From Marsupella aquatica (taxonomy: Eukaryota; Plantae; Marchantiophyta), in contig OZ316897.1 of assembly GCA_973895155.1 (NCBI GenBank), positions 21,239,355 through 21,303,354 of the forward strand: a stretch of 64,000 nucleotides of DNA. Reading direction: 5' to 3'. The notes below the pieces were generated by a model. It did no database searches, was not told the DNA's origin, and saw nothing but the letters and a program-made list of their open reading frames with translations. Numbering within the stretch: the stretch's first letter is position 1; every line of letters starts with the position of its first letter. The translations under genes were made by a program, and so were the position numbers. Shown in pieces: positions 1 through 13,700 of the stretch.

Positions 1-663
1 TCCTCTCTCGCCATTCCTGCTCGATGGCGCATAGCAGACCTCCTCAGAATATACTTTCGCACTCATTGTTTCCCAACTCCAGTTCTTCCTCTCATTACTT
101 CTGCTTGCTCCCGATTAAATATTCACTGTGTACTAGATCTTTGGAACACACATTTAGGTATCTGGATTGATTTTTCGAACAGGATCTCTAGGTTACGTGG
201 ACTAGGGGCTTCGAATATCATTGTTCTTACCAACATACTTCGGCTTTTTCAGGATGGCCCTCCACCATCAGGTTCTTCCTCCTTTGTTCCAGCTCAATGG
301 TTTTGGAAGGGACTCAAAAATCACCACTCCCCACGGGTTCTCAGTAGCGTTCCGGCATATAAATTTATTGGCCAATCTGGCGCAGACTCTCGTTCGCTGA
401 ACATCAGATGGGGCTCCTCAGATTCCCCCTCCACATGGCAAAGGAGATGGAGGCGGTTATGGAGATCAGATTTGTCAAATCGTGGGAAAATTTTTATATG
501 GCGGGTCCTGGCTGTTGGTCTGTTCACTGGCAGGGGAGCATTCCAGTGTGGTCATGGGGATGGAATGTGCCCCCTTGGCTGTGGCATCCCCGAAGATAAT
601 AAGCACATATTTTTTATGTGCACTCAAACCACAATGGCCTGGAACCGGACTGCCTGGTTCTAC
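1..663 (+). mobile_element. Degenerate L1-clade LINE, ORF2 3' region (zinc-binding C-terminal domain), left part; interrupted by element A
   Basis: ORF 472-663 reads KIFIWRVLAVGL...GDGMCPLGCGIPEDNKHIFFMC...AW, the C-x-x-x-C...E-x-x-x-H-x-F-F-x-C motif of plant L1 ORF2. The frame resumes after the TSD at 30722. Confidence 0.75.
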
Positions 664-2565
664 TGTGGTGCGTCCCATGGCTCCCTAAACCCAAGAAACC
701 CCCCAGCTCAAGCCGATTCCCGCAGGTTTCGTGCTTGGCGAGGCCGTTTCCGCGGCTTAGCGGCATGGGACGCTGCTAACCTTCTACTACTACTATTAAC
801 ATTTTACACACATATACTGGACAGATCCTTCATCGGGTCATGAGATACGTAGCCGGCCTAATATAGGCCTTCCCCTGTCTTCCCCTGTCTTCCTGTTAGG
901 TATGTTTGGATTCCGCCGCCGGAATGATCCCCAATAGGCTTGGTTAAGCCGCTAAGACCTCTCTCAGCTCGACACATCCAACTCTCACTCCCCTGCTTAC
1001 TTTCCTTCCTTCTGTTGATGTGGGCACTCTTCACACAAGTTAATGCGACACACAAATAGCAAAATGACTCATTTTGACTGAGTCATACCATGCACTTGCC
1101 ATACAAACAGTACATCTCATACACAAGTTCTGCAAACTAAGCCGTGAGGCCAACTCTATTCAGCTCTTAGGCATGAGGAAACATGAATATACACAAGGGT
1201 CACTGTATGACTAACCGAGAGCTTCTCGTACTACTTGATCCCAGCCCGGCTGGTGCAAACTAAAAACTTGCTAAAGAAGAGGCCCTGAGCTCCCCGCTGC
1301 CCAGGTACTTATCCTGGTAGTGGATCCGCCATTCTTTGCATCGTAAGCCTAATCTACCTGACAGTAATCTACTTGCCCGAATCTACCTATGTACAGCAAG
1401 GCAGGAGCACAAGTGTTGCTCCTACCAGTGGGACCGCAATCCCACTAAGCTAAGTGTCAGGGCCGCTCCTGGTTCTGATCCTAATCCTAAACGTGGAGAT
1501 CCGCGCCTGCCCTGCCCACTCACGCCTCCTCCCTCCACGTCCGCCCTCCCTAAAAGGAACGGCGCCCTTGCACCGTCACGACACCGGTGGTGGATCCTCA
1601 ATGGACGCCCCCAACACTTCCTCCTCAGCCACTGCCGTTGGCCCGCCTACTGACAGATTACCTGCCCTTGACCGAGTCAACTCTCCATCGGCCTGACTGG
1701 GTCCACCTTCGGCTTCAGCCTCGACACCGGCCTCGGCAATACCCACGGCTTCGGCCTCAGCCACTCCCATGGCTTCGGCCTCAGCCACTCCCTCGGCTTC
1801 GGCCTCCCCTTCCCCTAGGGTAGTTGGATCCTTAGCCGTGACCCTGTCTGGGGTCGGTGCTGGGTCTACCTCCTTGATCACCACGGCCTGTGAAGTCGTA
1901 TTACTCCTTGACCCTGAAGGTTTCCGCTTCTTCTTCGTTGGTGGCTCGGCAGCTGGTCCCTTCCCCTTCCCACTTACTTCCGGCACTGGTGCAGGTGGCG
2001 CGGCTTGTCCTTCGGCAATTACCACCCCTGGTAACTGGTTTGTCCCAACGGGAGATGGACCTGCTGCAGCTAAGCATTTAAATACTGCGGCTTGTTTCTT
2101 CAGCCGCTCTGTTTGGTTGTCGGCCCGCCGCTGTAGGTTCTCCATCTTCCTCGTGATTTCCTCCAACTCCTCTTGGGTTTCATCCAGGTCCTTACGTGCC
2201 CCCTCCAGCTCGTTTTTGGCCTCCTCCTGCTCCCTGTGGGCTTCCTCCAATTCCTTCTTCAAGGTAGCCCTCTCCTCCTGGGTTGCTCTTAGCTCCTTGT
2301 CGAGCTCTGCAATGATGACAGACTCCATCTGGTTCATCTTGGCGTAAGTCTGTTCGAGCATCTCGTCCTTCTCCCTTAGGTCGGCCTTGAAGCTGGCCGT
2401 CAGGGACGCAAGCTCCTGCTGCAGCGCCATAATCCCTTGATAGGATTTCCCTAACTCTACCTCCTTCTGCTCAAGGGCTCCGCGGATTTTCTCGAGCTCC
2501 CCTTTCAACGCCCATTCCTTTCTTTGGGTCTCCGCCATGGCCCGGCTGTTGGCTGTTATGTGGGC
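664..2565 (-). repeat. 3' LTR of element A (remnant; its first ~2.75 kb in element orientation, on the pol side, are deleted)
   Basis: 664-932 matches 14163-14431, and 1366-2565 matches 26773-27972, with about 3 substitutions in total by eye. Confidence 0.9.
1576..2565 (-). pseudogene. C-terminal remnant (coiled coil plus basic/acidic tail) of the element A LTR-encoded protein
   Basis: The 320-aa ORF 1576-2538 is identical to the C-terminus of ORF 26983-29301. It is truncated by the deletion junction at 2565. Confidence 0.88.
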
Positions 2566-2579
2566 TGTTGGCTGTTATG

Positions 2580-5047
2580 AGGCTCTTTCCTCAATTGTAA
2601 CTTGAAATGTCGGTATCTCAAGTTGCATGGGTACCAGGGCTTCTTGTCCAAAGGTTAAGAAGAAGGGTGTATGACCGGTAGTGGATTTATAGGCAAGATT
2701 GTAAGCAAAAACAGCAGCAAACAATTTATCATCCCAATCGAGTTTGTTCTGAGCTACTGTCTTGTTCAATATCTTTCCTATGATCTCGTTTGCTCGTTCT
2801 GTCAACCCGTTTGCCTTTGGATGGTAGGGAGTAGTAGGCCTATGTTTAACTAAATACTGCTCATTTAAATGACTAATTATATCATTCAAAAAATGGGTTC
2901 CTCTATCACTAACTAATTCTAGGGGTGCTCCATACCTGGTGAAGATCTGCTCATACATGAATCTAGCCATAGTAATTGCATCATCCTTCGTTGTTGGTCT
3001 GGCCTCTACCCATTTAGTTGCATAATCCGTAGCCAGGATTATGTACTTGTTCCGTCGAGGGTGGGTCAGTGGTTTCAGAGGTCCAATGTAATCAATACCC
3101 CACTTCTCGAATGGTGCCAGAGGTAGAATAGGGTGCAGTGGATGCCTGGTGGACGCCCTTGGTCCTCCCGCTCGTTGACAAGGATCGCATTGTTTGATAA
3201 ACTGATAGACATCTTTGTGCAAGGTGGGCCACCAGTAACCGGCATTTAATATCTTCTTAGACGTGGTTACTGGGGCAAAATGTCCTCCGGCCTCCTCTCC
3301 ATGCATGGCCCGTAGGACTCGTTTTACCTCTCTCTTTTCCAAACACCTTTGAATCGTGCCGTTGATTCCATGCTTGTGCAGTATGCCTTTAATGCACTAA
3401 TACTGTCTGACCTTCCGCACAAAGACTGCGGCTTGCTCTCGGCTTAATCCTGGCTGTAATCTGGAAGTGCTGAGAAATTGTAAAATCTCAGGGTACCATG
3501 TACCAGCTATTTCCACAACGAATAGCTCCTCGTCGGGGAATCGATCATCGATGCAATCCGTGGCAGGTTTACCTGTGATCCTTGAAAAGAAGTCGGCATT
3601 GGCATGTAACTTTCCCGGCTTGATCCTCAGCTCATAGTCAAACTCCTGTAATAGCAAAATCCATCTTGCTACTCTGCCTGTAAGGTCCGGCTTATTGACT
3701 AGGTACTTCAAACTTTCATGATCAGTATGAAAGATTACCTTGTACCCTAGTAAATAATGCCTAAACTTTTTACAAGAATAAATGACTCCTGATGCTTCTC
3801 TTTCCGTGGTAGAGTAGTTCCGTTCGGCATCGGCAAGCTGACGGCTTGCGAAGTATATGGGATGGTCCCTTCCTTTCTCATCCAACTGACTTAGTACTGA
3901 GCCAATACAGAAGCCCGAGACATCTACAAAAACATGAAAATCTTTGTTCCAGTCCGGTGCTATCATGACTGGGGCCTCTACTAACATCTGCTTCAATTCT
4001 ACCACCGCTGTGACTCGTTCGGGTGTGGGTTCGAAGTCTGCTCCTGCCTTGAGCATATTGGTTAATGGTAAAGCCAGCTTGGCAAAATCCTTGATGAACC
4101 GGCGATAGTAACCAATGCATCCCAAGAAGGATCTTACATCCTTTATGTTCTTAGGTTGCATGATATCTAGCCATACTGCTAGCTTACCTTTGTCAATCTC
4201 AATGCCCTTCCTTGATACCTTGTGACCTAGTAGCACCCCCTCGGTTACTGCAAAAAAACATTTATCTGGGTGTAACTTGAGACCCACCTCTCTACATCTC
4301 ATGAAGGTTTTCCTGAGGTATTTAGCATGTTTCGATGCCTTCCCGAATACTGCAAAGTCATCAATGAAGATTTCCATGAACTTTCTCAAGTAATCATGAA
4401 AAATGTTCACCATTAATCGTTGGAACATAGCTGGTGCGTTGCAGAGTCCAAACAGCATACGATTGAAGACATAGATCCCCCATTCCGTGATGAAGGCCGT
4501 CTTGATTTGGTCTTCCTGCCGAATCCTGATTTGGTTATAACCAGAGTATCCATCCATGAATGAATATAGTTCATGACTGGCTACCATGTCTAGTACCATA
4601 TCAGTAAACGGTAAAGGAAAATGGTCTTTTAATGTTGCTTCATTCAGCTTCCTGTAATCCTGACAAACCCGGATCTTGGGTTTACCATCGGGTCCAGCTT
4701 TCTTGGGAACTATCACAATTGGAGACACCCAGTCTGAATGCAGGACTGGAGTGATGAATCCAGCTTCCACTAGTTTGTCGATTTCTGTTTTGACCAGCAG
4801 GGAATACTTCGGGTTCATCCTTCGAATTGGTTGTCGAAATGATTTGGCTCCTAACATGAGATCAATTCGATGTTCCCCTAGTGTTGGATCTACTCCCTTT
4901 AGATCTTGGTGACTCCATGCAAACACATCCTGAAATTCAATCAATAAGTCACTGATCTCTTTCTCGAGCTCAGGTGCTAGGTTTCTCCCTAAGTTCAGTT
5001 CTCTTCCCTCTCCTAAGTCGAGCTTCCGATATTGCCGTGCTTGGATC
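2580..5047 (-). pseudogene. pol: Element A pol: RT, RNase H and integrase (C-terminally truncated)
   Basis: RT motifs QDYRKLN..KDHFPLPF and FIDD; RH motifs DVSGF and TDHESL; integrase H-H-C-C plus WGIDYIGP and SDRGTHF. In-frame TAG at 3397-3399. No additional archaeal-type RNase H is visible. Confidence 0.93.
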
Positions 5048-5468
5048 TGTTGAGCATAGACGATGATCGCAACGGCAAGCCCATGAACCATCCAACGCAC
5101 AATAGTCGACACAAGAGATACATGGTTCACCTCCTTGAGGCTACGTCCACGGGAACACACAAGAGAGCTTTATTGAACTCTAAGCCCGTCGGCTATACCG
5201 AGTCTCCACAGTGTAAGCTCTCCCTATCTCTCAAGTGGCTCCATAACAATGAGCCTTGGTTCTACCTCTCCAAGCACACATGCCTCTTATGATATAGTGT
5301 GCAACTTAGTTGTACCTAACCACATAGTTGTACCTAATCACGTAGTTGTACCTAACCACATAGTTGTACCTAATCACGTAGTTGTATCTAACCACGTAGT
5401 TGTACCAACCCACGTTGTTGTACCAACCACGTCATACCTAACCTAGACGTAAGAGTAAATACCCAACA
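5048..5468 (-). repeat. 3' LTR of copia D
   Basis: Direct repeat of 10361-10781. PPT (minus strand CAAGGGGAAGAT) is adjacent at 5469-5480. Confidence 0.95.
5308..5432. repeat. 18-bp tandem array (about 7 units, AGTTGTACCTAA(C/T)CAC(A/G)T) in U3 of the copia D LTR; second copy at 10621-10745
   Basis: Directly visible repeat; it produces the spurious VVPNH repeats in the ORF track. Confidence 0.9.
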
Positions 5469-5658
5469 ATCTTCCCCTTGACTCTGGTCTAGGGGAGAGT
5501 AATACTGCCAATGTATATGATCCCTCAGCGGGAAGTTCTGGACAGAACCAAACCGGTTTCCCTCTCTAACTAGAGCAAACCAGAACTAAGCCGTAGCCTA
5601 ATACATAGGAATGAGGAAGAGCATATATCAGTAATTACAATGAATGTTTAAGAAAACT

Positions 5659-8600
5659 CTACTTGTGATGCAATTGCAAAACCTGCAATACGTCACGGTG
5701 TCTAGAGAAACTCTCCAAAGGAATCACTTTGGTAAATGCGTCAGCCGGGTTGAGTTTACCATCAATCTTGACTAGCTCAAACAAATTATCAGACACAGCC
5801 TGCCTGATAAAATGGTACCTGACGTCAATGTGCTTCACTCTGCTGTCCATCACCTGGTTCACAGCAAGGTGGAGCGCACTTTGACTATCACAATGGAGCT
5901 TCACATTCCCCTGTGGCAATCCCATTTCAGTGATAAGTCTATCCAACCAAATCGCTTCCTTTGTTGCTTCCGCAGCTGCAACATACTCCGCTTCTGTAGT
6001 AGACTGAGCAATACACTTCTGCAAAGTAGACCTCCAACTTATGCATCCACCGCCAAGTGTGAACACGTATCCTGTTGTTGATCTCCTTCGGTCCAAATCT
6101 TGTCCATAGTCAGAATCTACATAGCCAATCAATGATCTAGCATTCTTTGCATTCGCATCAAATAAAAGACCATGATCCACGGTACCCTTCAAGTACCTGA
6201 TAATCCACTTCACTGCTTCCCAGTGTACCTTCCCTGGATTCGACATGTACCTGCTCACCTTGCCCATAGCCATGGCAAGATCAGGTCTAGTGCAAGTCAT
6301 CAAATACATGAGACTCCCCACTGCCTTGTCATATGGAACCTTTGACATCAACCCCTTCTCTGTGTCATCCGTAGGACAGAACGCTGATGATAACTTGAAG
6401 TGTGGAGCCAACGGGGTACTTACTGGCTTGCTATTCTCCATGTTGAACCTTGCAATTACCTTCCTCGCATAACTGCTCTGTGTCAACCATAGCTTGCCAG
6501 CCTCCAAGTCCCTAGTGATCTCCATACCCAAAATCCTCTTAGCTGGCCCTAAGTCCTTCATCTTAAACTCTGCACTAAGCAGTGCCTTGAGCTTAACAAT
6601 CTCAGACCTATCCTTGGCTGCAATTAGCATGTCATCCACATAAAGTACTAAAACAATGAACCCAAAGACAACATTCTTCACCGGTTTCAAATACACACAA
6701 GGGTCAAATACACTTCTGTGAAAACCTTGTGACCGAATCCAATCGTCAAACCGCTTGTTCCACTGTCTTGGTGACTGCTTCAACCCATACAAGGATTTCA
6801 GCAATCTGCAAACCAATTCCTCCTGTCCTCTCTTCACAAAACCTAGCGGTTGTCTCATGAAGATCACCTCTTCCAATGTGCCATAGAGGAAAGCTGTGAC
6901 AACATCCATCTGATCTAGGAGCAGACCAAACATTACAACAAGTACACACAATAGTCGTATTGTAGAGTACTTAGCAACTGGTGAGAAGACCTCATTGTAA
7001 TCCACACCTTTCTCTTGTGTGAATCCCTTTGCTACCAATCTAGCCTTGTAGACCTTCGATCCACCTCCTATGGAATTATCCTTCAGCTTGTAAATCCACT
7101 TGCTGTCCACCACTTGCTGACCCTTAGGCAGCTTAACAAGCTCCCAAGTTTTGTTGTCCTTTAGTGACTGCATCTCCGTTTGCATTGCTGCAGTCCACTT
7201 CTGCTTCTCCTTTGAAGCACTTGCCTCATGAAATGAAGAAGGTTCTCCTTCTTCCAAAATTAACGCATCACCCTCATCATCAGCTGTAAAATCATCCTCT
7301 TGCAGTTGAGATGAATCAACCCACTGTCCATACCTTGATGGAGCGCGTACAGTGCGACCAGATGTTCTTCTAGCCGATGACTTCGGTTGATCTACGTGTG
7401 CTGGTACAATTTGAAGCTCAATAGCATCCACTTGTTGCTCACCAGCATCAACAAACTCCTCTGGTTCCTCTGGCACAGGAACCAGCTCCATAATTGGAGC
7501 AACTCCTTCTCTCCGGTCATGCACCTCATAACCAATCTCCCCCTCAACGAGATCCGGGATAGGAGATTTTTCTTTGTCAGTACGGGAGACCTGAGTATTC
7601 TCCCCCTCCTTCAATAATCTGGATTCATTGAAGGAAACATCCCTACTGACAACGAGCTTACAGGCAATAGGATCCCATAGCCTATAGGCTTTCACACCAC
7701 TCTGGTACCCAAGAAAAACACATTTCCTGGAGGTAGGATCCAACTTGGTCCTATTCTGCTTTGGTGTGAGAGCATATGCATCACTTCCAAAAATTACCAA
7801 GCCATGATAGTCTGCTTGCCGCTTATAGCGCATCTCAAACGGCGTTTTGAAATTGATAGCACTAGAAGGAGAAAGATTTACCAAATAAGTTGCGGTATTG
7901 ACAGCTTCTGCCCAAAATTCTTGTGGTAAACCTGATTGGCTCAACATACTCCGTGACCGCTCCAACAGTGTCCGATTGAGCCTCTCAGCGACACCATTCT
8001 GCTGCGGAGTATAAACTGTGGTGAGATGGCGAGTTATCCCCTGTTTTGAACAGTACTCTTCAAATTCCATTGAAGTGTATTCCCCGCCGTTGTCTGACCT
8101 CAGACTCTTCACCCTTGTATCCAAACACTTGATCGTGTTTCCAGTCTGATTCTCCACTTGGGCCTTCCACTTCTTAAAAATGGACAAGACATCAGACTTA
8201 TGTGTCATGAAATAAATCCACACAAATCTTGAGTAATCATCAATAAATGATACATAGTACAACTTTCCAGAGTGTGAGGGAGTCGGGGATGGACCCCACA
8301 CGTCACTATGTATGTACACAAGAACCGCTTTGGAACGATGAGTTCCAACACCAAAAGCACGACGATGCTGCTTTCCAAGAATGCAATGCTCACAAAACTC
8401 TAATTTACAAGATTGCAAATCAGAAATGAGTCCATTCTTCCGTAAGATAGCCAAACCCTTCTCACTCATGTGGCCTAGCCGTGAATGCCACAGTTGAGTC
8501 ATCTCCTCGTGAGACTTGGTTACATTGGCCTCTCCACATACAGTATTGCCCTGTAACACATACAAATTCTTTTGTCTACTCCCCTTCAAAATCACTGTCT

Positions 8601-9936
8601 CTCCCGACCTGACTTGAAGTTCACCATCAATAACGCTCCATTGATGACCATTTGAATCCAACACACCGAGTGAAATCAGATTCTTACGCATGCCAGGTAC
8701 ATACCTGACTCCGGACACTGTGCGCACAGCGCCATCAAACATTTGAATCTTCACAGACCCAATTCCCTCAATTTGACAAGAGTGATCATTTCCCATCAGA
8801 ACTGAACCGTTTGAAACAGAGTAAGAACTGAAAAACTCACGAATGTAACAAATATGAAAAGAGCAAGCACAATCAAGAATCCATACATCATCTGCTCTCC
8901 TAGATGACGTGCACAGGGCATACCCCCGACTTCATAAAACATACTCATCATTGAGTAAATCAACTTCTCCATCAGCCCTAGCCACATTTGCCGATGAAGT
9001 TTCCGCTGCCTTTCCCTTACAGTCTTGCTTGAAGTGTCCAACTTGGTTGCACTTCCAACATGTCACCTGCCTCCTCTGAGGGGATTTACCCTTGGACTTA
9101 GATCTGGATTTAGATCTAAACTAGGTTCTACGGTCCCCAGTTGGTCGCTGCATACTCCTCCCACGGTTAACATTGAGGGCAGCACCAGATGATGAAGGCT
9201 GTGACGTGATGTGCATCTTCTGCTGAAGATCATCACTAAGCAGAGAACTTACCACGTCATTGTATGAAATGGTATCCCTATCACGATGCAACAACACTCG
9301 TGATAGGGACTGGTAAGATGGAGGCAATGAACTAAGAAGCTGCAGAGCCTTCGTCTCATCATTCAAAGTCTCCCCAAGGTTTTCCAAGTCAACGATCATG
9401 TCGTTGAAAGCATCCACATGGTCTTGCAACTTCGTACCAGATTCCTTCATCCTGAAACTCATCAGTTTGTAGGAAGTGTAGAGCCGGTTCGACAACTCCT
9501 TGCGGTGATACTTGCTCTGCAATTCCGCAAACAAGGACATGCAATCCTTATGTGCACCTAACTGCTTGATGATGGGAGGCATGAGATAGAGTGTAACACA
9601 CCACACTCCCTGCTCCTGCATGCGGTCCCATTGTTTCTCATCAACATCGTCTTCACGAGGGCTCAGCAGTTGGCCCATCCCTGACGCATAAAGCACTCCC
9701 TTCACCTGCTTCTCCCATAGCAAGTAGTCAGAGCGCCCATCATACTTTGTCACTTCATACTTGGGTCCCCCAAGCTTGAAAGTCCCCATCTTCTTCTTTA
9801 TCGTGAGCTCCGGTAGTAGTACTGCTTCCTCCACCACACGCCGCACCGGTGATGGTATCGGTGTCACGTGCTCTTCCTCCTGCTCCTCTCTCTGCCCCTG
9901 AAACCTCCGCGGTGACCCTCGTGCTTCAAGTTCCAC
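5659..9936 (-). pseudogene. gag-pol: Copia D gag-pol (gag, zinc knuckle, PR, INT, RT, RH) in one frame with two in-frame stops
   Basis: ORFs 9121-9936 and 5659-8796 share a frame. The intervening frame reads CWKCNQVGHFKQDC and WILDCACSFHIC. Stops are TAG 9121-9123 and TGA 8932-8934. Motifs LWHSRLGH, LRSDNGGEY, YVDDML, KHIDVRYHF. Confidence 0.94.
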
Positions 9937-10346
9937 GTCTTGTCAACAACGAATGTTGATCAATTGCACTTGGTGTCGTCACCAAGTCCAACAAGGTAAT
10001 TGATTTTGCTTAGCCTTCCTCTTTGCATCAAAGAGCCAATCCCGGACTCAAAAACAATCGTCTTGCCTCAATCTCTCCGTTGAGTCAAAACACTTGACGC
10101 TTCTCCCTCCGAGTCGATTGTCAACTTTCTTCACAAAATCCAGAACGACGAAAACTTAGATCTCTCTGCACCACGAGCTCCGTTCAACGATTTCTTCACA
10201 CCGTTAGAAAGCTCTTGCCCTGATCTATCCGTTGAGCCCATAAACTCCAAGTTCCATGCGATGGAACTCTGGAAAATCCACCAACACTCAACGCTGGAAA
10301 AACCGTCATGAAATCCCGTCACGAACACATGTCACCTCCCAAGCAT

Positions 10347-10358
10347 GCTCTGATACCA
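10347..10358 (-). promoter_or_regulatory. Primer binding site of copia D (tRNA-iMet)
   Basis: TGGTATCAGAGC on the minus strand, 2 nt from the LTR end. Confidence 0.95.
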
Positions 10359-10360
10359 AT

Positions 10361-10781
10361 TGTTGAGCATAGACGACGATCGCAACGGCAAGCCCATGAA
10401 CCATCCAACGCACAATAGTCGACACAAGAGATACGTGGTTCACCTCCTTGAGGCTACGTCCACGGGAACACACAAGAGAACTTTACTGAACTCTAAGCCC
10501 GTCGGCTATACCGAGTCTCCACAGTGTAAGCTCTCCCTATCTCTCAAGTGGCTCCATAACAATGAGCCTTGGTTCTACCTCTCCAAGCACACATGCCTCT
10601 TATGATATAGTGTGCAACTTAGTTGTACCTAACCACATAGTTGTACCTAATCACGTAGTTGTACCTAACCACATAGTTGTACCTAATCACGTAGTTGTAT
10701 CTAACCACGTAGTTGTACCAACCCACGTTGTTGTACCAACCACGTCATACCTAACCTAGACGTAAGAGTAAATACCCAACA
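10361..10781 (-). repeat. 5' LTR of copia D
   Basis: Direct repeat of 5048-5468, adjacent to the PBS. Confidence 0.95.
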
Positions 10782-13700
10782 GGATCATATTAATCTGCTT
10801 CTTCAAATTCGGGTCCAGTTCGGCTTCCAGTCTCTCTAATCTCATACCTCCATAAACTGGGATCTCGGCTGGACTAGTCGAGTCGGTCCCTTCCTTGGTG
10901 TCCATAGATTGTCCCCTTACCGGTCTATTCGGTTTTGAATTAGTGGTCGGCTCCCCTTCCTGCCTTGACTCTAGATCGTGTCTGTCCATCTCATCCACCT
11001 CTTGCTCCTGAAAGTTAGGCCGCTGTGCTCTCTCGGCTTCTAATAGGGCCTCAATTTATTCTGCCCTCGTAATCGGCTTGTATGTCGATCCCTTGGTATT
11101 TAATTCCTTGCCGATGATCGATGGCGTTGTGGACCCCGTCGGCTCTGCCACAACGCCTGCAGAAAATCCACTGTCCCTGCTACTGCTCCCCACTTAGCCG
11201 TTTCATCCAATTGGTCTACATCCTTTACTTCCTCCGGAATTGCAGCTAAAAAGGTGGATTCTATTGTAAAGCAGTCCTCGACCTCTTCGTCTTCTTCTTC
11301 CAAGTCACCTTCCATTGGTTCTTGCCATAATCCGCTGGGGGGTACCTCTGGTCCAAAGACACCTTCTTCGGTTAGGTTAGTGAGGCATTCTAACCAACGT
11401 ACTTCATCGGCTGACTCCAGTCCACTATCGTACCCATCTACTTCCCTTATGCTTTTCCTACGGTCATCCTTAGTGTCCCAGGATACCGTGATAGAGGGGG
11501 TCCCGAAAGTGAACTGCTTTTTACCCCAATCTTCTATTACCTCGGCTAGGTACAGCCATGGCCTACCAATCAATAGCCGGAATGACGTAGGATTTACCGG
11601 CTTCATTACTACATAGTTAATGCTAAAGAAGATACCTCCTATCTCTGTCTTGATGCCGGTTAACACTCCCATCGGAATGACCTGATATCCATTGGCCATG
11701 TTCAACACTCTTCCAGTCATCTCCGGTGTTAGACCCCACCCTTTTGCTGTTGAATCAATCATAATACATACCCCTGATCCTCCATCGATGGGTACCCGTA
11801 GTAATAATTCTCCTTGAATCATTAATGGTAATGCTGGGGCTCCTTGATCTTCTTCTATCATTAGTACGTCGGATCTGGTTGCTACCTTGGGTAATCTCGG
11901 CTTGCCGAGAATAGCCTTCCTTAATTGCTTCCGGAAGTACGGGCTATTTTTCAATAGTTGACCTACTGTTGCCGAGACTCTAGATTCTAGTACATCTTTA
12001 GCCAGGTCATAGGGAACAATCGGCTTCTCTTCTGGTGGTGTTTCCGTCTTGGATTCGGCCAGTTTTGCCACGCTAGTCTCCACAGCTGTTGGGTCTTCCA
12101 AAGCAAACAATGCTTTTGCTCGTTTTACATCCTTGGCAATGGCTTCGGTATTCTCCAGGGTTTCTAATTCTCTTAGTTGTTCCTTAACACTAGCCGTAAC
12201 AGAGGGGTAGAACAACTTAGGATGATCTCGATTGAAGTCGCTATCTTGTGAAGGATTGGTTTCACTGGTGGGCTCATGGCTTACCTGTATTGCCGGAGCC
12301 CTCCCTTCTCCTTCTGTTGATGTTGACGAAGAGTCGATCCTTTCCTCCGTAACCTTCCCTTTATTTTTGGCCAGCCCATCCCACCTTTCCTTCCTTCTGG
12401 TAGATCGAGTAGAGACCCGGTAGCAATCATGATCTAAATCCTCCTCTGAGAAGGTTGATAGGGCTTCGGCCTCATCATCAGATGGTACGAACTCTGCCTC
12501 GGCATCCTCTTGCCATCCTAGTTCGATGTGGTTGATTTGAACTCCTCCGGGGGTAGTACCTGGCGGTAAGATCTTGATCGGCAAAAGCTTATGATTTGCG
12601 GCCAGGCCTGCCAACCAAGTAGGACATTGCCCTAGCATATGACCTTCCTGTCGGCATCCCATACATAGCTGAGCTGGTTGTCCATCACCCTGTTTGCGTG
12701 CATTCGGGCATTCTCTAGCAAAATGGCCAGGTTGACCACAATTATAGCACGCCGCAAATCTTTGCACATTCGGCCTAGGAGGTACTGACGGGTTCTGAAT
12801 AATCCGAGGATACATCTCTCCTGGATTGTTCCTTAACCCTGACCACAGAGATGCAGGTCTGTTGGATAGGTCTCGTGCTCCAGTCTCACTGATGCCGAAA
12901 ACACTATCAGCGGCATCTCCCAAAAAGTACTCTACTTCTCCCTGACATGGTCTGATCTCGGCCACATGCCGAACATGATTAGTATTAAGCTTAGGACACG
13001 CATCTTTATGGTGTCCGGTTTTATAACATAAGGCACACCATACAGAGCTATCCTCCTGTACTACCTTCTTCTTTGGTTTTACCTCTGCAATGATAGCCTT
13101 AAGTTGCTCGGTAAGGGCTACGATGTTATCTGGTGGCTTAGCCTCCATCTTGACTTTCGTCTTCCCTCTCCTTCTGCCCTTCCTTTTCCTAGTTTTTTCT
13201 TCTTCAGAACTAGAAGATGACTCACTCTTGCTACTCCCACTATCCGAGCTTGACTTATCACTTCTAGACTTCTTGGAATGTTTCTTCTTCTTATCTTTTT
13301 TCTTATGGGGTGATCCCTCCTCTGATGAGGAACTCTCAGACTTAAGTTGTTTCTTCCGGCTTGTGATATCTGCATTAATGTATAATTGAATATCCTTAAT
13401 TGCTTCGGCTAAAGTCTCCGGGTTCTCCTTCCTAATTGCAAAACTCATCTTCTGTGGCAAGGCATTCACTAACCATTGAAGTTGCATACCTTCAGATGCA
13501 TTGGTCTTTGTACGTCTTACCAGTTTCTGAAAGCGTTGCAAGAACTTCCTGAAGGATTTGTTCTCCTTGAACCGAAGTTGTCCCAACTTCAGCACTGCTA
13601 GTTCTGAAGTTCCAATGGGTCAAAACTCCTTAACAAAGAGTGTTTTGAAGATATCCCAGATGGCTTGATCTTCCACATCTAATGCTCTGTACCAAGGCCT

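Larger units (their letters stand above)
5048..10781 (-). mobile_element. Ty1/copia LTR retrotransposon D (Tork/Tnt1-like), full length, nested in A pol
   Basis: 421-bp LTRs TGTTG...CAACA at 5048-5468 and 10361-10781 (about 4 mismatches). TSD GGATC at 5043-5047 and 10782-10786. tRNA-iMet PBS and a PPT are present. Removing D restores A pol (..INMIQARQYRKL..). Confidence 0.96.

Noticed and set aside
5048-5160. N-terminus of the 587-aa ORF 3397-5160
   Set aside because: Chance read-in from the copia D LTR; the real A pol continues at 10782.
5308-5432. 18-bp array (and the 114-bp array at 45600-46760) as CRISPR-like
   Set aside because: Head-to-tail repeats without unique spacers, no cas genes, eukaryotic context.
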